Source: Candidatus Bathyarchaeota archaeon (GTDB lineage Archaea; Thermoproteota; CALKCG01; B24; DRYS01). Taken from it: a DNA stretch of 60,197 nt. A program made the position numbers and the translations under genes. The notes beneath the pieces are model-generated. The model saw only the letters and a program-made list of their open reading frames with translations. It made no database searches and was not told the DNA's origin. Within the stretch, counting starts at the first letter, position 1, and each line of letters begins with the position of its first letter. Positions 41,394 to 52,202 of this stretch are shown here, piece after piece. The stretch lies in assembly GCA_018396535.1 (NCBI GenBank), contig JAGTQC010000009.1, positions 1 through 60,197 of the forward strand. Reading direction: 5' to 3'.

Positions 41394-44147
41394 TTGGAGA
41401 AGGCATGGCATGCGATGACTGAGGAGGAGGTATTAGCGATTCTTAAAACATCGCGTAATGGGCTTAGTAGTGAAGAAGCTAGGAGGAGGCTATCAGAGTA
41501 TGGGCTGAATAAGATTGTAACTAAGGGTGGTGTAAATCCCATAAGAGTATTCCTTAACCAGTTTAAGGATATCTTCGTTCTAATACTTATCGCAGCGATA
41601 ATAATATCCATGGTTACGGTTTTAATAAAGCCAGAGCCTCCGACGATGGAGGATTATATCGAAGCTCTAACAATAGGAGCTATAATAATGTTGAATGCTA
41701 TCATAGGCTTCATACAAGAGTATCGCTCTGAGAAGGCTATCGAAGCTATGCGTAGATTAACAGCGCCGAAAGCTAAGGTTATCAGGGATGGGAGGAGCAT
41801 CGTCATACCGGCTGAGGAGGTTGTCCCAGGGGATATACTCATACTCGAAACCGGGGATCGCATAGTAGCTGATGCACGTGTAATAGAGGCTATAGAGTTG
41901 AAGGCTGATGAAGCAATCTTAACCGGTGAATCTACCCCGGTTGAGAAGTATACAGGTATACTTCCTGAGAATACACCCGTAGGGGATAGGCGTAATATGG
42001 TGTTTATGGCTACGCATATTATCTATGGTCGTGGAAGGGCTGTAGTCACATCTACCGGTATGTATACCGAATTTGGGAAGATAGCTAAACTCGTACAGGA
42101 GGTGGAGGAGGAGGAGACCCCGCTTAAGGTTAAGCTTGAAAGATTTGCTAAGAAACTTAGTCTGTTAATCGTTTTGATATGTGCTCTCGTCTTCATAATA
42201 GAATCGACACATATCTATACCCGTGGATCTATAGAGATAGAGAGCTTCCTAGATGCGTTCATCACATCTGTAGCATTAGCGGTTGCAGCAGTTCCTGAAG
42301 GCTTAGTCGCAGTCGTAACAGTTACCCTAGCTCTAGGTGCGAGAGAGCTTGCTAAACGTAACGCTATAATCAGAAGGCTATCCTCAACCGAGACTCTAGG
42401 ATCTGTAACCGTGATATGCTCCGATAAGACCGGTACTTTAACTAAAGGTGAGATGACTGTACGGAAGATCTATCTAAACGGGAGGATCATCGATGTCACC
42501 GGTGTCGGCTACGAAGCTAGGGGTGAATTCCTATATGGAGGGGAGCGGGTTGATATCGGGAATGATACGGGTCTAGCTATACTATTAACCGGTGCAGCCT
42601 TATGTACGAACGCTCAGTATGATGGTAAGAGTATAATCGGTGATTCAACCGAGGGTGCTTTAATCGTCGCAGCGGCTAAAGCAGGTTTATGGAAGGATAA
42701 ATTGGAGGATATGTATCCACGCATCTATGAAATCCCGTTTACCTCTGAGAGGAAGAGGATGACTACGATCCATAAATCCATCGATGGAAGACTACTAGTG
42801 TTTATGAAGGGAGCTCCAGAAATGGTTTTAGAACGTTGCACCCACATCCTTAAGGATGGTGAGCTTAAAAAGCTTAACGATGAGGATAGGAAGGTGATAC
42901 TCTCGGTAAATGAAAGGATGGCTAGCGATGCGTTGAGAATCCTAGGCATAGCCTACAAAGAGCTAGCTTCTAATGATCTAGATGATCTGGTAGGTAGAGA
43001 GAAGGTTGTAGAAGGCTTGGAGGATAATATGGTTTTCCTAGGTTTAGTAGGTATGATAGATCCGCCTAGGGAGGAGGCTAAGATAGCCATTCAGCTATGT
43101 AGGAAAGCTGGGATAAAGGTTGTTATGATAACAGGGGATCATAAGCTAACGGCTGTAGCTGTAGCTAAGGAGTTAGGTATCATAGAGGAGGGTGATATAG
43201 CGTTAACAGGTGGAGAACTAGATAGGATGAGTGACGATGAATTTGAGAGGATAGTGGAGAAGGTTAAAGTCTATGCTCGTGTCTCACCTGAGCATAAGCT
43301 TCGTATAGTTAGAGCTTTAAAAAAGAATGGACATATAGTCGCTATGACTGGTGACGGAGTTAACGATGCACCTGCGCTTAAGCAGGCAGATATAGGTATA
43401 GCTATGGGTATAACAGGGACCGATGTTACTAAGGAAGCTGCTGATATGATTCTAGCTGACGATAACTTCGCTACGATAGTTAAAGCAGTAGAATATGGAA
43501 GGATAATATACGATAATATCAGGAAGTTCATCTTCTACCTCTTAAGATGTAATCTTAGCGAGATACTTATCGTAGGCTCCTTCGCTCTACTAAACCTAGA
43601 GATCCCGTTAACAGCCGGCATGATTTTATGGATAAATTTAGTAACAGACGGCGCCCCAGCTCTAGCTTTAAGTAAAGATCCGCCAATCGAAGATGTCATG
43701 TCTAGGCCTCCGAGAAATCCTGAAGAAGGTATACTGCAAGGGAAGGCTGCATCTATACTAGCTTCCATGATCACACAATTCGCTGGGACAGCTATTCTAT
43801 TCTACATAGCATACTATGTATGGGGTAAATCGTTGAGTGAAGCTAGAACGCTAGCTTTTATGCAGATAACGCTTCAAGAACTCGTACTAGTTTGGAACTG
43901 CCGTTCTGATACGAGGAATGCGTTTAAGGTAGGCTTCACTAATAACAAGTATCTATTAGTAGCCGTCTTATTCTCAGCTTTCATAACAGCTCTAATACCA
44001 TACTCTGGACAGATATTCGGTATACAACTCTTCAAGACAGTACCACTCGATCTTCAGGATTGGCTTCTCGTAATACCAATATCACTTTCAGGATTCCTCG
44101 TTATGCCAGAGATATTCTACAATAGGAAGATACTCCTATGGAGATAG
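41394..44147 (+). CDS. P-type cation ATPase (P2A, Ca2+-ATPase-like)
   Basis: TGES, PEGL, DKTGTLT, KGAPE, GDGVNDAP, LWINLVTDG. Confidence 0.95.
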   Translation: MEKAWHAMTEEEVLAILKTSRNGLSSEEARRRLSEYGLNKIVTKGGVNPIRVFLNQFKDIFVLILIAAIIISMVTVLIKPEPPTMEDYIEALTIGAIIMLNAIIGFIQEYRSEKAIEAMRRLTAPKAKVIRDGRSIVIPAEEVVPGDILILETGDRIVADARVIEAIELKADEAILTGESTPVEKYTGILPENTPVGDRRNMVFMATHIIYGRGRAVVTSTGMYTEFGKIAKLVQEVEEEETPLKVKLERFAKKLSLLIVLICALVFIIESTHIYTRGSIEIESFLDAFITSVALAVAAVPEGLVAVVTVTLALGARELAKRNAIIRRLSSTETLGSVTVICSDKTGTLTKGEMTVRKIYLNGRIIDVTGVGYEARGEFLYGGERVDIGNDTGLAILLTGAALCTNAQYDGKSIIGDSTEGALIVAAAKAGLWKDKLEDMYPRIYEIPFTSERKRMTTIHKSIDGRLLVFMKGAPEMVLERCTHILKDGELKKLNDEDRKVILSVNERMASDALRILGIAYKELASNDLDDLVGREKVVEGLEDNMVFLGLVGMIDPPREEAKIAIQLCRKAGIKVVMITGDHKLTAVAVAKELGIIEEGDIALTGGELDRMSDDEFERIVEKVKVYARVSPEHKLRIVRALKKNGHIVAMTGDGVNDAPALKQADIGIAMGITGTDVTKEAADMILADDNFATIVKAVEYGRIIYDNIRKFIFYLLRCNLSEILIVGSFALLNLEIPLTAGMILWINLVTDGAPALALSKDPPIEDVMSRPPRNPEEGILQGKAASILASMITQFAGTAILFYIAYYVWGKSLSEARTLAFMQITLQELVLVWNCRSDTRNAFKVGFTNNKYLLVAVLFSAFITALIPYSGQIFGIQLFKTVPLDLQDWLLVIPISLSGFLVMPEIFYNRKILLWR

Positions 44148-44210
44148 TTCTCGAATTATAATGGAGCGCTTACTTAAATCGTAGAGAATATTATGCTTAT
44201 ATAGCGAGAC

Positions 44211-45506
44211 TTGGAGATCGATAGCTCGATCCTAGCTATAGCTTCAAGACTTCTTCATAGATATGCTCTATGCGATTCCTGTTTAGGTAGACAATTCGCT
44301 ACACTAGGATACCGCCTTACTAATAGGGAGAGGGGTAGATCTATAAAGATAGTCTTATTAATGGATGCTGAAGCCTCCGAGGATATAGAAACCATACGTG
44401 TATTATCATCTATGGGTATGCTTCCAGAAGCTTCAGCATCACTACAGAGGAGGAAGATAGCTCCCCCTGAGCCGCAGGTATGCTTTATATGTGGAGGGGT
44501 TTCAGATAAACTTAAGGATATAGCTTCTAGGATTGTAGATGCCGTCTCCAGCTACGAATTCTACTCGTTCGTCCTAGGAATTAATATACCTGGCTGGATT
44601 TCTGAACGTGAGGATATGGTTAGGTCTATCTCCAATTCGATGTATTGTGAAAGTTTAAAATCAGAGTTTAGTCGTGAACTAGGTAAGCTACTATCCTCTA
44701 TCCTTGGAGTGAGATTCGATCCTGTTAGGCCGGATATTAATATAGTTGTAGATCCATTCTCCCTATCGATCGATGCATCACCCACACCTTTATACCTAGC
44801 TGGGAGGTTTAGGAAGCTTAAGAGCGAGTTACCTATTAGATCAAGGATGTGTAGAGCTTGTATGGGTAGAGGATGCGATCTCTGTAGGAGTCTCGGCGCT
44901 GAGGAGGTCTCCGTAGAGCATATACTTAGGAGGATATCCATCGAGCTTTACGAATGCGAATCTGTTAAGCTACATATACCCCTAAATGATGGTAGAGATA
45001 GAGTAGTCTTAGGATCGGGTAGAATATTTGTATTAGAGATTCGTAAACCTAGACGACGATCTATAAATCTCGACATATTCAAGGAGAGGTTAGACTCCAT
45101 ATCTGAAGGTTTAATCGACGTAGATAATCTATCCTATGTAGATAGAGGATTCATACGTAGGATGAAAACTATCCTCGAACCAGAAAGCTACATTCTCCTA
45201 CTCAAACCCTTAGAGTCTACGAGTGTATCTCCTAAAGTCGTGGAGTATTTTAGGAATTTGGAGGGGTTGAAGATTAAGCAGAAGTATCCTGGGTTTAAGG
45301 TTAGGGTGAAATCCATCTCCAAGGTATCTGTTGAAGTTAGACAAGATGGTCTAGTTGAGCTTAAGTTTACATCATCCGAGCCTCTCCATACGAAAAGCTT
45401 TATAGAAGGTGGGAGAGATACAAAGCCTACCGTTACAGATATTACAGGTGTATCCTGGATGCTAGTAGAGACCATAGTCTATGTAGGTGATGTAAGCTAT
45501 GCCTAA
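44211..45506 (+). CDS. pus10: Pus10 tRNA pseudouridine synthase homologue with degenerate active site
   Basis: LCDSCLGRQF, CFICG, KSEFSRELGK, GRIFVLEIRKPRRR; conserved position before rpl21e. Confidence 0.85.
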   Translation: MEIDSSILAIASRLLHRYALCDSCLGRQFATLGYRLTNRERGRSIKIVLLMDAEASEDIETIRVLSSMGMLPEASASLQRRKIAPPEPQVCFICGGVSDKLKDIASRIVDAVSSYEFYSFVLGINIPGWISEREDMVRSISNSMYCESLKSEFSRELGKLLSSILGVRFDPVRPDINIVVDPFSLSIDASPTPLYLAGRFRKLKSELPIRSRMCRACMGRGCDLCRSLGAEEVSVEHILRRISIELYECESVKLHIPLNDGRDRVVLGSGRIFVLEIRKPRRRSINLDIFKERLDSISEGLIDVDNLSYVDRGFIRRMKTILEPESYILLLKPLESTSVSPKVVEYFRNLEGLKIKQKYPGFKVRVKSISKVSVEVRQDGLVELKFTSSEPLHTKSFIEGGRDTKPTVTDITGVSWMLVETIVYVGDVSYA

Positions 45507-45807
45507 CTCTAAAGGATATAGATCTAGAACTAGGAAGATCTTGAGGAAGCGTGTTGATGAGAAGTATCTTAGCTTAAAGGTTACGCCTCTACTGTATAAC
45601 TATAAGCCTGGGGATAAGGTCGTCATAGATATAGATCCATCGATTCATGAAGGTATGCCTCATCGTAGGTATCAAGGTAGGGTTGCGGTTATATCCGGTA
45701 TGAGGGGTAGAGCGTATATACTCGAAGTTAAGGTTGGGGGGAAGGTTAAGCAGATTATAGCTAGACCAGAGCATATACGTCCCTGGATTCAATCATCTAC
45801 AGCTTAA
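45499..45807 (+). CDS. rpl21e: 50S ribosomal protein L21e
   Basis: SKGYRSRTR, GMPHRRYQG, RPEHI. Confidence 0.97.
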   Translation: MPNSKGYRSRTRKILRKRVDEKYLSLKVTPLLYNYKPGDKVVIDIDPSIHEGMPHRRYQGRVAVISGMRGRAYILEVKVGGKVKQIIARPEHIRPWIQSSTA

Positions 45808-45852
45808 AACTTAAAATATAGTTAGCTACCTAGTTTTCTAAGGGTATCAGAA

Positions 45853-46194
45853 TTGTCTAGTAAGATTAATGAGAAGTACCCTATATCTATACCTGAAGTT
45901 CTTAAGATACTTTTCAGTATAGGTGAAGGTAACCTTACATCTATACAGCAGAGGGTTTTAGACTATGCCTCAAAGTTCTCGAAAGTGAAACCAGATGATG
46001 CTCCTAAACTAATCTCTATACTAACTTCAGATTTTGGTGTAGAACCAGAGTTAGCTGTACAATTAGTCGATATAATGCCTCGAAGCGTAGAAGAGATTAG
46101 AACTATACTTAGAACTGGTAGATGGCGCCTCGCATCGACCGAAATCTTCTTGAAGATACTCGAAGTTCTAGATAGCTTCAGACTATCTAAATAG
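45853..46194 (+). CDS. rpoF: RNA polymerase subunit Rpo4 (F)
   Basis: ISIPEV, LDYASKFSK, LVDIMPRSVEEIR; synteny. Confidence 0.92.
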   Translation: MSSKINEKYPISIPEVLKILFSIGEGNLTSIQQRVLDYASKFSKVKPDDAPKLISILTSDFGVEPELAVQLVDIMPRSVEEIRTILRTGRWRLASTEIFLKILEVLDSFRLSK

Positions 46195-46241
46195 GGTATA
46201 GTATACGGTATAAGCATACACTAGGATAATGGGGGTAATAT

Positions 46242-46832
46242 ATGCAGATGTTTCTTAGTAGAAAACAGAAGATTTACGAGGATTACGGATACATCCTAGA
46301 CTACCCTGTACATAGACGTGTAGCTAGAAAACCTGCTCTAGGAGAGATTGCTCAGTTAGTCGGTGAGAGATTCTTCCTACTTCTAGAAGCTGTGGTTAGG
46401 CCAGGGGTATCTCTAGATATAGGTGAAAGGGTTTTCATAGGTAGGGATAGTCGTGATAAGATACTCTACGTGCTAGGATTGATAGAGTATCAAGATCTTA
46501 CCGATATAGCTAGATCCGAACTCGAACATGTAGTAGAGAACATAGTAAGGGTGAATGAGAAGCGGTTTGTAGAATTCTTCAACTCATCGACTCCTATATC
46601 TCCTAGAATGCATGCTCTCGAACTTATACCTGGTATCGGTAAGAAGTATATGTCAGTGATACTTAGGGAGAGGGAGAATACCCCATTTAAATCGTTTACC
46701 GATATACAGCAAAGGACAGGTATACCGGACCCAGCTAGATTAATAGCTAAACGTATAATAGAGGAGATAAGCGATCCTAACGTTAAGTATAGATTATTCA
46801 CGGCTAAGATAGCTAGATATGGTATAGAATAG
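46242..46832 (+). CDS. DUF655 family nucleic-acid-binding protein
   Basis: EDYGYILDY, FVEFFN, RMHALELIPGIGKK (HhH); synteny with rpoF. Confidence 0.92.
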   Translation: MQMFLSRKQKIYEDYGYILDYPVHRRVARKPALGEIAQLVGERFFLLLEAVVRPGVSLDIGERVFIGRDSRDKILYVLGLIEYQDLTDIARSELEHVVENIVRVNEKRFVEFFNSSTPISPRMHALELIPGIGKKYMSVILRERENTPFKSFTDIQQRTGIPDPARLIAKRIIEEISDPNVKYRLFTAKIARYGIE

Positions 46833-46843
46833 CTTCTAGAATA

Positions 46844-47281
46844 TCAACGTATATCCATAACCATTAGGTATCCATCCCTCCCGTTATAGTAGCCCTTCAG
46901 TATGGAATGTATTTTAAACCCAGCTTTACTGTACAATCTTATAGCAGCGTCATTATCCACCCTAACCTCTAGCAGTACCTTACGTATACCTAGACGCTTC
47001 ATATCATCTATAGCTTCTCTAAGAAGTGTACCACCTAACCCCATCCTCCTATAACCTGGATGAATAGCTATAGATAGTATATGCGCCTTAGATCCTAGAC
47101 ATATATAGGATATATATCCAACAACCCTACCGTTATACTCTACGATCAACGTGTTTCCCTCCATAAGAAGGTATGATAATAGATCTCTAGGATAGGATTC
47201 ATCCCCGAAGGAGAGCGTCTCTACTTCACGTATATCATCTAGATCACGTATACAACCATACCTAACCCTAATACTACTCAT
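46844..47281 (-). CDS. RimI/Ard1-type N-acetyltransferase
   Basis: HILSIAIHPGYRRMGLG, LEVRVDNDAAIRLY. Confidence 0.9.
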   Translation of the reverse strand: MSSIRVRYGCIRDLDDIREVETLSFGDESYPRDLLSYLLMEGNTLIVEYNGRVVGYISYICLGSKAHILSIAIHPGYRRMGLGGTLLREAIDDMKRLGIRKVLLEVRVDNDAAIRLYSKAGFKIHSILKGYYNGRDGYLMVMDIR

Positions 47282-47382
47282 TATAACATCGCAGGGTATA
47301 CTTACGTTAAAGATTTAAGCTTTCCTCCTACGAAGCTAATCTACGTCTGAATACAGATTTATCGTCTCAGGTGGGTTTCTGT

Positions 47383-48141
47383 ATGGCTAATCGTATCGTC
47401 GCTACGATACTATGCGGCGGTCCCGGTAGTAGGCTCAGACCTTTAACATACTATTTTCAGAAAGCTATGATCCCTATCGGATCTAGGCAGAAACCACTCC
47501 TAGAATATATAATACTACTTTTGAGAAAACATAATTTGAGAGATATAATTCTGCTTGCAGGATATAAGCATGAACAAATAGAGAATTACTTCGGTGATGG
47601 ATCTAGATTCTACGTTAACATAAGATACTCGCTAGATAAACCCGGGTTCAGCGGTACCGGGTGGGCTTTACTCAATGCTTACGAATCAGGTTTACTAGAA
47701 GGGTATGATGATATACTGGTATACTATGGGGATATACTATCGAATATAGATGTATCCGATTTCATACGATTCCATCTAGAGCGTAGAGCAATCATAACTC
47801 TCGCAGTAGCTAAAGGGTATAGGATACCGGTAGGGGTTGTGCACATAGATGGAGATAGAATTCTAAAGATGGAGGAGAAGCCTATCCTAAACCTACCAGT
47901 ATCGATAGGAGTCATAGCTATGAAGATAGATACTCTAGACTATCTAAGAAAATTATCTGAAAGGCATAGGGGTAGAGAGATGGATATAATGAGCCATTTA
48001 ATACCTATGCTTATATCGATGAATATACCTGTATACGCTTATCTAACCGATAGATTCTGGTATGATGTAGGCTCCACAGAGAGGTATGAAAAGCTGGATG
48101 TGAAATTGGTAGATGAGCTATTCAAATACCTATTTGAGTAG
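47383..48141 (+). CDS. NDP-sugar pyrophosphorylase family nucleotidyltransferase
   Basis: ILCGGPGSRLRPLT...K, YGD, WYDVG. Confidence 0.9.
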   Translation: MANRIVATILCGGPGSRLRPLTYYFQKAMIPIGSRQKPLLEYIILLLRKHNLRDIILLAGYKHEQIENYFGDGSRFYVNIRYSLDKPGFSGTGWALLNAYESGLLEGYDDILVYYGDILSNIDVSDFIRFHLERRAIITLAVAKGYRIPVGVVHIDGDRILKMEEKPILNLPVSIGVIAMKIDTLDYLRKLSERHRGREMDIMSHLIPMLISMNIPVYAYLTDRFWYDVGSTERYEKLDVKLVDELFKYLFE

Positions 48142-48245
48142 TGTAAAGGAAGCTCACCATACAAGACGATAATTTATTTAGGATAAATTTTATAACCTAA
48201 AACGCTACGAATCAAATATGCTTATAGCTCTAGGGGGTTTGTATA

Positions 48246-48521
48246 TTGAGTAGAGATCAAATTATAGGAGCCATACTCTTAGTCGGATGCATCCTAGGTA
48301 TACTAATCTATGGATGGCTGGTATTCGCTTCACAATGGGCTTTTCTAACCCTACAAGTAACAGGCTTCATAGCGGTTGCAGGTGTTTTAGCAATACTAGC
48401 ATGGATAGGCTATACCTTAGCTACAACGCCTCCACCTAAACCTATAGAGGATATAGAGAAGGAGATAGAGGAGGAATTGAAGAAGATAGAGAAGGAGGGG
48501 GAAAAACAATCACAATCATAG
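48246..48521 (+). CDS. Small two-TM membrane protein of unknown function
   Basis: Two hydrophobic helices, then WIGYTLATTPPPKP and an acidic tail. Confidence 0.8.
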   Translation: MSRDQIIGAILLVGCILGILIYGWLVFASQWAFLTLQVTGFIAVAGVLAILAWIGYTLATTPPPKPIEDIEKEIEEELKKIEKEGEKQSQS

Positions 48522-48767
48522 ATACCCATCTACACTCTTAGAATACCATTATAGCTAGAGTTATGAAGAATATTTTATACGCGTCTAGATATTGAAGCCA
48601 CTATAGGTTTACATAAGGTTATCGATTAAGTAGCTTTCCATCCATAAGCTTCACTATATTATGCATAACCTTATACGATCCAAAGAAATATTACCCAGAG
48701 TCGGGTTTAGGATTTAGGGAAAACCTTATAAACATAACCTCTTTATAGCCTAGAGATAAGATAGCCT

Positions 48768-49316
48768 ATGGATTTCTATAAGGTTATCCGAACTAGACGT
48801 AGTATTCGTTCATTCAAGCCAGATCCCATACCACCCGATATATTAGAGAGAATACTGGATGCTGCGCGTATATCGCCATCTGGATCTAATCGTCAACCAT
48901 GGTTATTCATACTAGTCGATGACCCAGATACTAAACGTAAACTCGCTGAATGCTGTAGTAGACAGATGTTTATAGCTGAAGCCCCTGTAGTAGTCGTAGT
49001 CTGCGGCTTCAATATACACTATAATAGGGGAGGCTACATGGGCGATCTAAGTATGCTAGTAGACTGCTCTATAGCTACGACTCATCTAATACTAGCAGCT
49101 AGAGCTGAGGGGGTAGGCTCATGCTGGATAGGTGCATTCGATAACAATTGTATAAAGAAGCTTCTAGGAATACCTGAAGATGTAAACGTGGTAGCGGTAG
49201 TTCCCCTAGGCTATCCTAAGGGTGATGCTTTCGTAGATGTATCTGTAGAGAGTCGTAAATCGCTCACTGATATCGTTAGGTTAAACAGATTCGATGGACC
49301 TGGATGGTCTAGATGA
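48768..49316 (+). CDS. Nitroreductase family protein
   Basis: RRSIRSF, PSGSNRQPW, GSCWIG, LGYP. Confidence 0.93.
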   Translation: MDFYKVIRTRRSIRSFKPDPIPPDILERILDAARISPSGSNRQPWLFILVDDPDTKRKLAECCSRQMFIAEAPVVVVVCGFNIHYNRGGYMGDLSMLVDCSIATTHLILAARAEGVGSCWIGAFDNNCIKKLLGIPEDVNVVAVVPLGYPKGDAFVDVSVESRKSLTDIVRLNRFDGPGWSR

Positions 49317-49511
49317 CTAGGTAAGCTTAACTACTAATCTTGAAGCTAACGCATCTATCTCTATAGATCTAAAACCCTCTATACACGCTAATCTCCTAGA
49401 CCCCATATCCCTTAGATCTATATTCCCGCCGCTTATCTCTACGAAGGCTACATCCCTAGCTATAAGTCTCCTCCCATCACCATCCTCGACGTAAATCTTG
49501 AGTAGGCACAC
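49317..49511 (-). CDS. CooT family nickel-binding protein
   Basis: 64 aa, MC N-terminus, beta-rich, LIARDV motif. Confidence 0.7.
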   Translation of the reverse strand: MCLLKIYVEDGDGRRLIARDVAFVEISGGNIDLRDMGSRRLACIEGFRSIEIDALASRLVVKLT

Positions 49512-49567
49512 TCCTATACCACACGATACTATCGCATAATTTACTAGATATAAAGTTGTATTGAGAA

Positions 49568-50812
49568 CTAGCTGGCCCTATCTACATGTATCTTCAAAAC
49601 CATGGATAGAATAAAACATATAGACATCACTATGGATAAGGTTACGACGAATAGTTTAGGATGAATCGAGTATATGTATCCCATAACTACTGGTGTAGCT
49701 ATGTTCACGATCGATGATAAGGTAGTCGTTATGGATAATACCTTAGCCCTATACCTATCATCGATATACTCTACTTCATTCGTTAAGAATGTTCTTGATA
49801 TGGAGTAGCTTACAGCCGAGTATAAGCCGAATAGTATACCAGTAGCTAAAACTCCGTATATACTCCTAGAGGATAGAAGAGTTAGAGTAGCGATAAAACC
49901 AGATAGATATCCTACCGATAGAGCTTTAACATAGCCAGTCTTAGATGATATCCTAGGTATTATGATTAGTAGTAGTGGAAGGGATGTAATCGAGGATGAG
50001 AATGGTAGAAGCGAAGCCTCCCCAGCTGTTAAACCTACCCCCATCTTATCGACTAAGTATAGGGGTGTATAGAGGGTTGAAGAATAGTATGTCGTAATCA
50101 TTATAGATAGTAGTATTAGGATTAGGAGTACACGTTCACGAATTATAACCCTAAGAACTTCTACATATCCTTTAAAACCCGATAGAACCCTCTCCCTCCT
50201 AACTCTAAAACTCACTTCAGGCTCCCTCAAGTATATCCATCTAACAATGTACATGAAGCTTAGAGATGCTATAGCTATAGTGAATAGAATCCTACAGCCT
50301 AGATCTATATCATATAATGCTATTATATACCCAGCTATCGGCGTCATCATCATACCTGTAGTATAAGCAATCGATACATAGGCATAAATACCAGATCTAT
50401 ACCTAGGCTCCGTATCCTCTACTAGTAGGCACTCCCATATAGGGTATACTATCGATGTACAACCCTCGATAATATATGCGATTAGAGCATGGATTATATC
50501 CCTAGATAGAAGCCATACAGTAAGCGCTAAGAGCCATGTCAAACTATCCAGAATCATAAAACTCTTCTTCCTGCCAAACCTATCAGCGACATATCCACCG
50601 ATTATCGGGAAGAAAATCATTATAGCTGTGTATATGGATGATAGTGTACCTATCTCCACCTCAGTTAATCCTATAGCCTTCCTTAGGAATATAGATCTGT
50701 AGAAGAATACCCAGCTCATAGGTATACTCCAAAATGGCTCAGTAGCTACGAGAATCTTCGCATTCCTACCCCAACCCTTAAACCATACTGTAAATCTATT
50801 GAGATCCACCAT
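49568..50812 (-). CDS. MFS transporter
   Basis: About 12 TM helices; motif A GYVADRFGRK. Confidence 0.92.
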   Translation of the reverse strand: MVDLNRFTVWFKGWGRNAKILVATEPFWSIPMSWVFFYRSIFLRKAIGLTEVEIGTLSSIYTAIMIFFPIIGGYVADRFGRKKSFMILDSLTWLLALTVWLLSRDIIHALIAYIIEGCTSIVYPIWECLLVEDTEPRYRSGIYAYVSIAYTTGMMMTPIAGYIIALYDIDLGCRILFTIAIASLSFMYIVRWIYLREPEVSFRVRRERVLSGFKGYVEVLRVIIRERVLLILILLSIMITTYYSSTLYTPLYLVDKMGVGLTAGEASLLPFSSSITSLPLLLIIIPRISSKTGYVKALSVGYLSGFIATLTLLSSRSIYGVLATGILFGLYSAVSYSISRTFLTNEVEYIDDRYRAKVLSITTTLSSIVNIATPVVMGYIYSIHPKLFVVTLSIVMSICFILSMVLKIHVDRAS

Positions 50813-50870
50813 GTAATCATCATCCCAGATGTAGGGAGAAGTAGATTATAAAGAATATATTAAGCATACA

Positions 50871-52202
50871 CTACATAGGCTTCGATACATGTATACCCCT
50901 AGCGACTATATAGGGAGCTAGTACAGGGGTCTCAACCTCCCACCACTTAATCTGATAGCATCTATCCGTAGCATGTTCTATCGAGGATAAGAATTCATGA
51001 AGCTTCCCAGTTATCCTCAACCCTTTAATAGCCTTCTCTATCTTCCCATCCCTAACCCTAAATGCAGCATCCCTAGTAACGGTGGAGAATAATCCATCGA
51101 CATAGCTTTGAAGCCTCGTATACCAGTTATTCGTTAAGATTAATCCATCACTAAGTGTAGATGGTAGCTCATCCTCCCCTAGATCACCGGGTTTAAATTT
51201 GAGATTCCAAGGCTCTGGTCTAACCCATCCAGCATTACCAGTACTCTCGGTATTAAACTTAGATGCAGTTTTAGAATTATGTAGTAAACTCTCGAAGACA
51301 CCCCCAGATATTATAGTAGTTATCCTCGTAGGCATACCTTCATCATCGAAGCTAGTAGATCTAGGTAGACTGTTAGTCATCCCATCATCCTCTATGCTAA
51401 CAATCTCAGAAGCTACTCTATCACCAGGTTTAAACCTTGAGAGGAAGGATAAGCCAAGGTAGACCTGGAGGGCTGAAGCCATCTCACCTATTACATTGAC
51501 TATGTTCCCGACTACCATAGGTGATAGAGCTACATCGTATACACCAGGTTCTATAGGTTCAGGATTCCTCGATAGATAAGCGTAAACCCCAGCTCTCCTA
51601 CCAACCTCCCTTACATTACATTCGTCTAGCATCCTTCCTCCATAAGACCATTGACCAACCCCATCCCTAGAGAATGCTCTAAGATAGCATTCAAACTCTG
51701 TAGAATCCTCTTGAAGCTCTACCCCCTCGCTAGTAGCTAGAGCTTTAGATGAAGATTTAGCTAAGAGTATACCAGCATAATTATCCGCACCCTCATCCAC
51801 AGCTTCTTCGATCATTATCCAAGCATAATCGATAGGGTTACGTCTCCCCTCCACTAGATCTACGATCCTCTCATCTACCAAATGTAGAGGGTTAATCCTA
51901 CGTGGTTCGGGTAGAGGGGCATATATAGATGAGGCTTCAATAGAGCTAGCAGATCTATATAGATCGATTAGCCTATGCTTCACCCTCTCTACGTCTAACG
52001 TTCTATAATCGCATAGGATTATTCTCCCATTCTTAGCTAGATACATGTGTACGCATACATCAGCCCATGATTGTGTAACCGTAGGCTCCCCTGAAAACTT
52101 TACCATAACCATCCTATCATATACTAGTTTACAAGCGGTTTCATCGAATCCTATCCTTAACCCTTCCCTCACCAAGGATTTAGAAGTTTCTAATATACTC
52201 AT
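50871..52202 (-). CDS. TldE/PmbA family protein
   Basis: FDDEG, STGNAG, WYTR; no HExxxH; paired with TldD. Confidence 0.9.
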   Translation of the reverse strand: MSILETSKSLVREGLRIGFDETACKLVYDRMVMVKFSGEPTVTQSWADVCVHMYLAKNGRIILCDYRTLDVERVKHRLIDLYRSASSIEASSIYAPLPEPRRINPLHLVDERIVDLVEGRRNPIDYAWIMIEEAVDEGADNYAGILLAKSSSKALATSEGVELQEDSTEFECYLRAFSRDGVGQWSYGGRMLDECNVREVGRRAGVYAYLSRNPEPIEPGVYDVALSPMVVGNIVNVIGEMASALQVYLGLSFLSRFKPGDRVASEIVSIEDDGMTNSLPRSTSFDDEGMPTRITTIISGGVFESLLHNSKTASKFNTESTGNAGWVRPEPWNLKFKPGDLGEDELPSTLSDGLILTNNWYTRLQSYVDGLFSTVTRDAAFRVRDGKIEKAIKGLRITGKLHEFLSSIEHATDRCYQIKWWEVETPVLAPYIVARGIHVSKPM

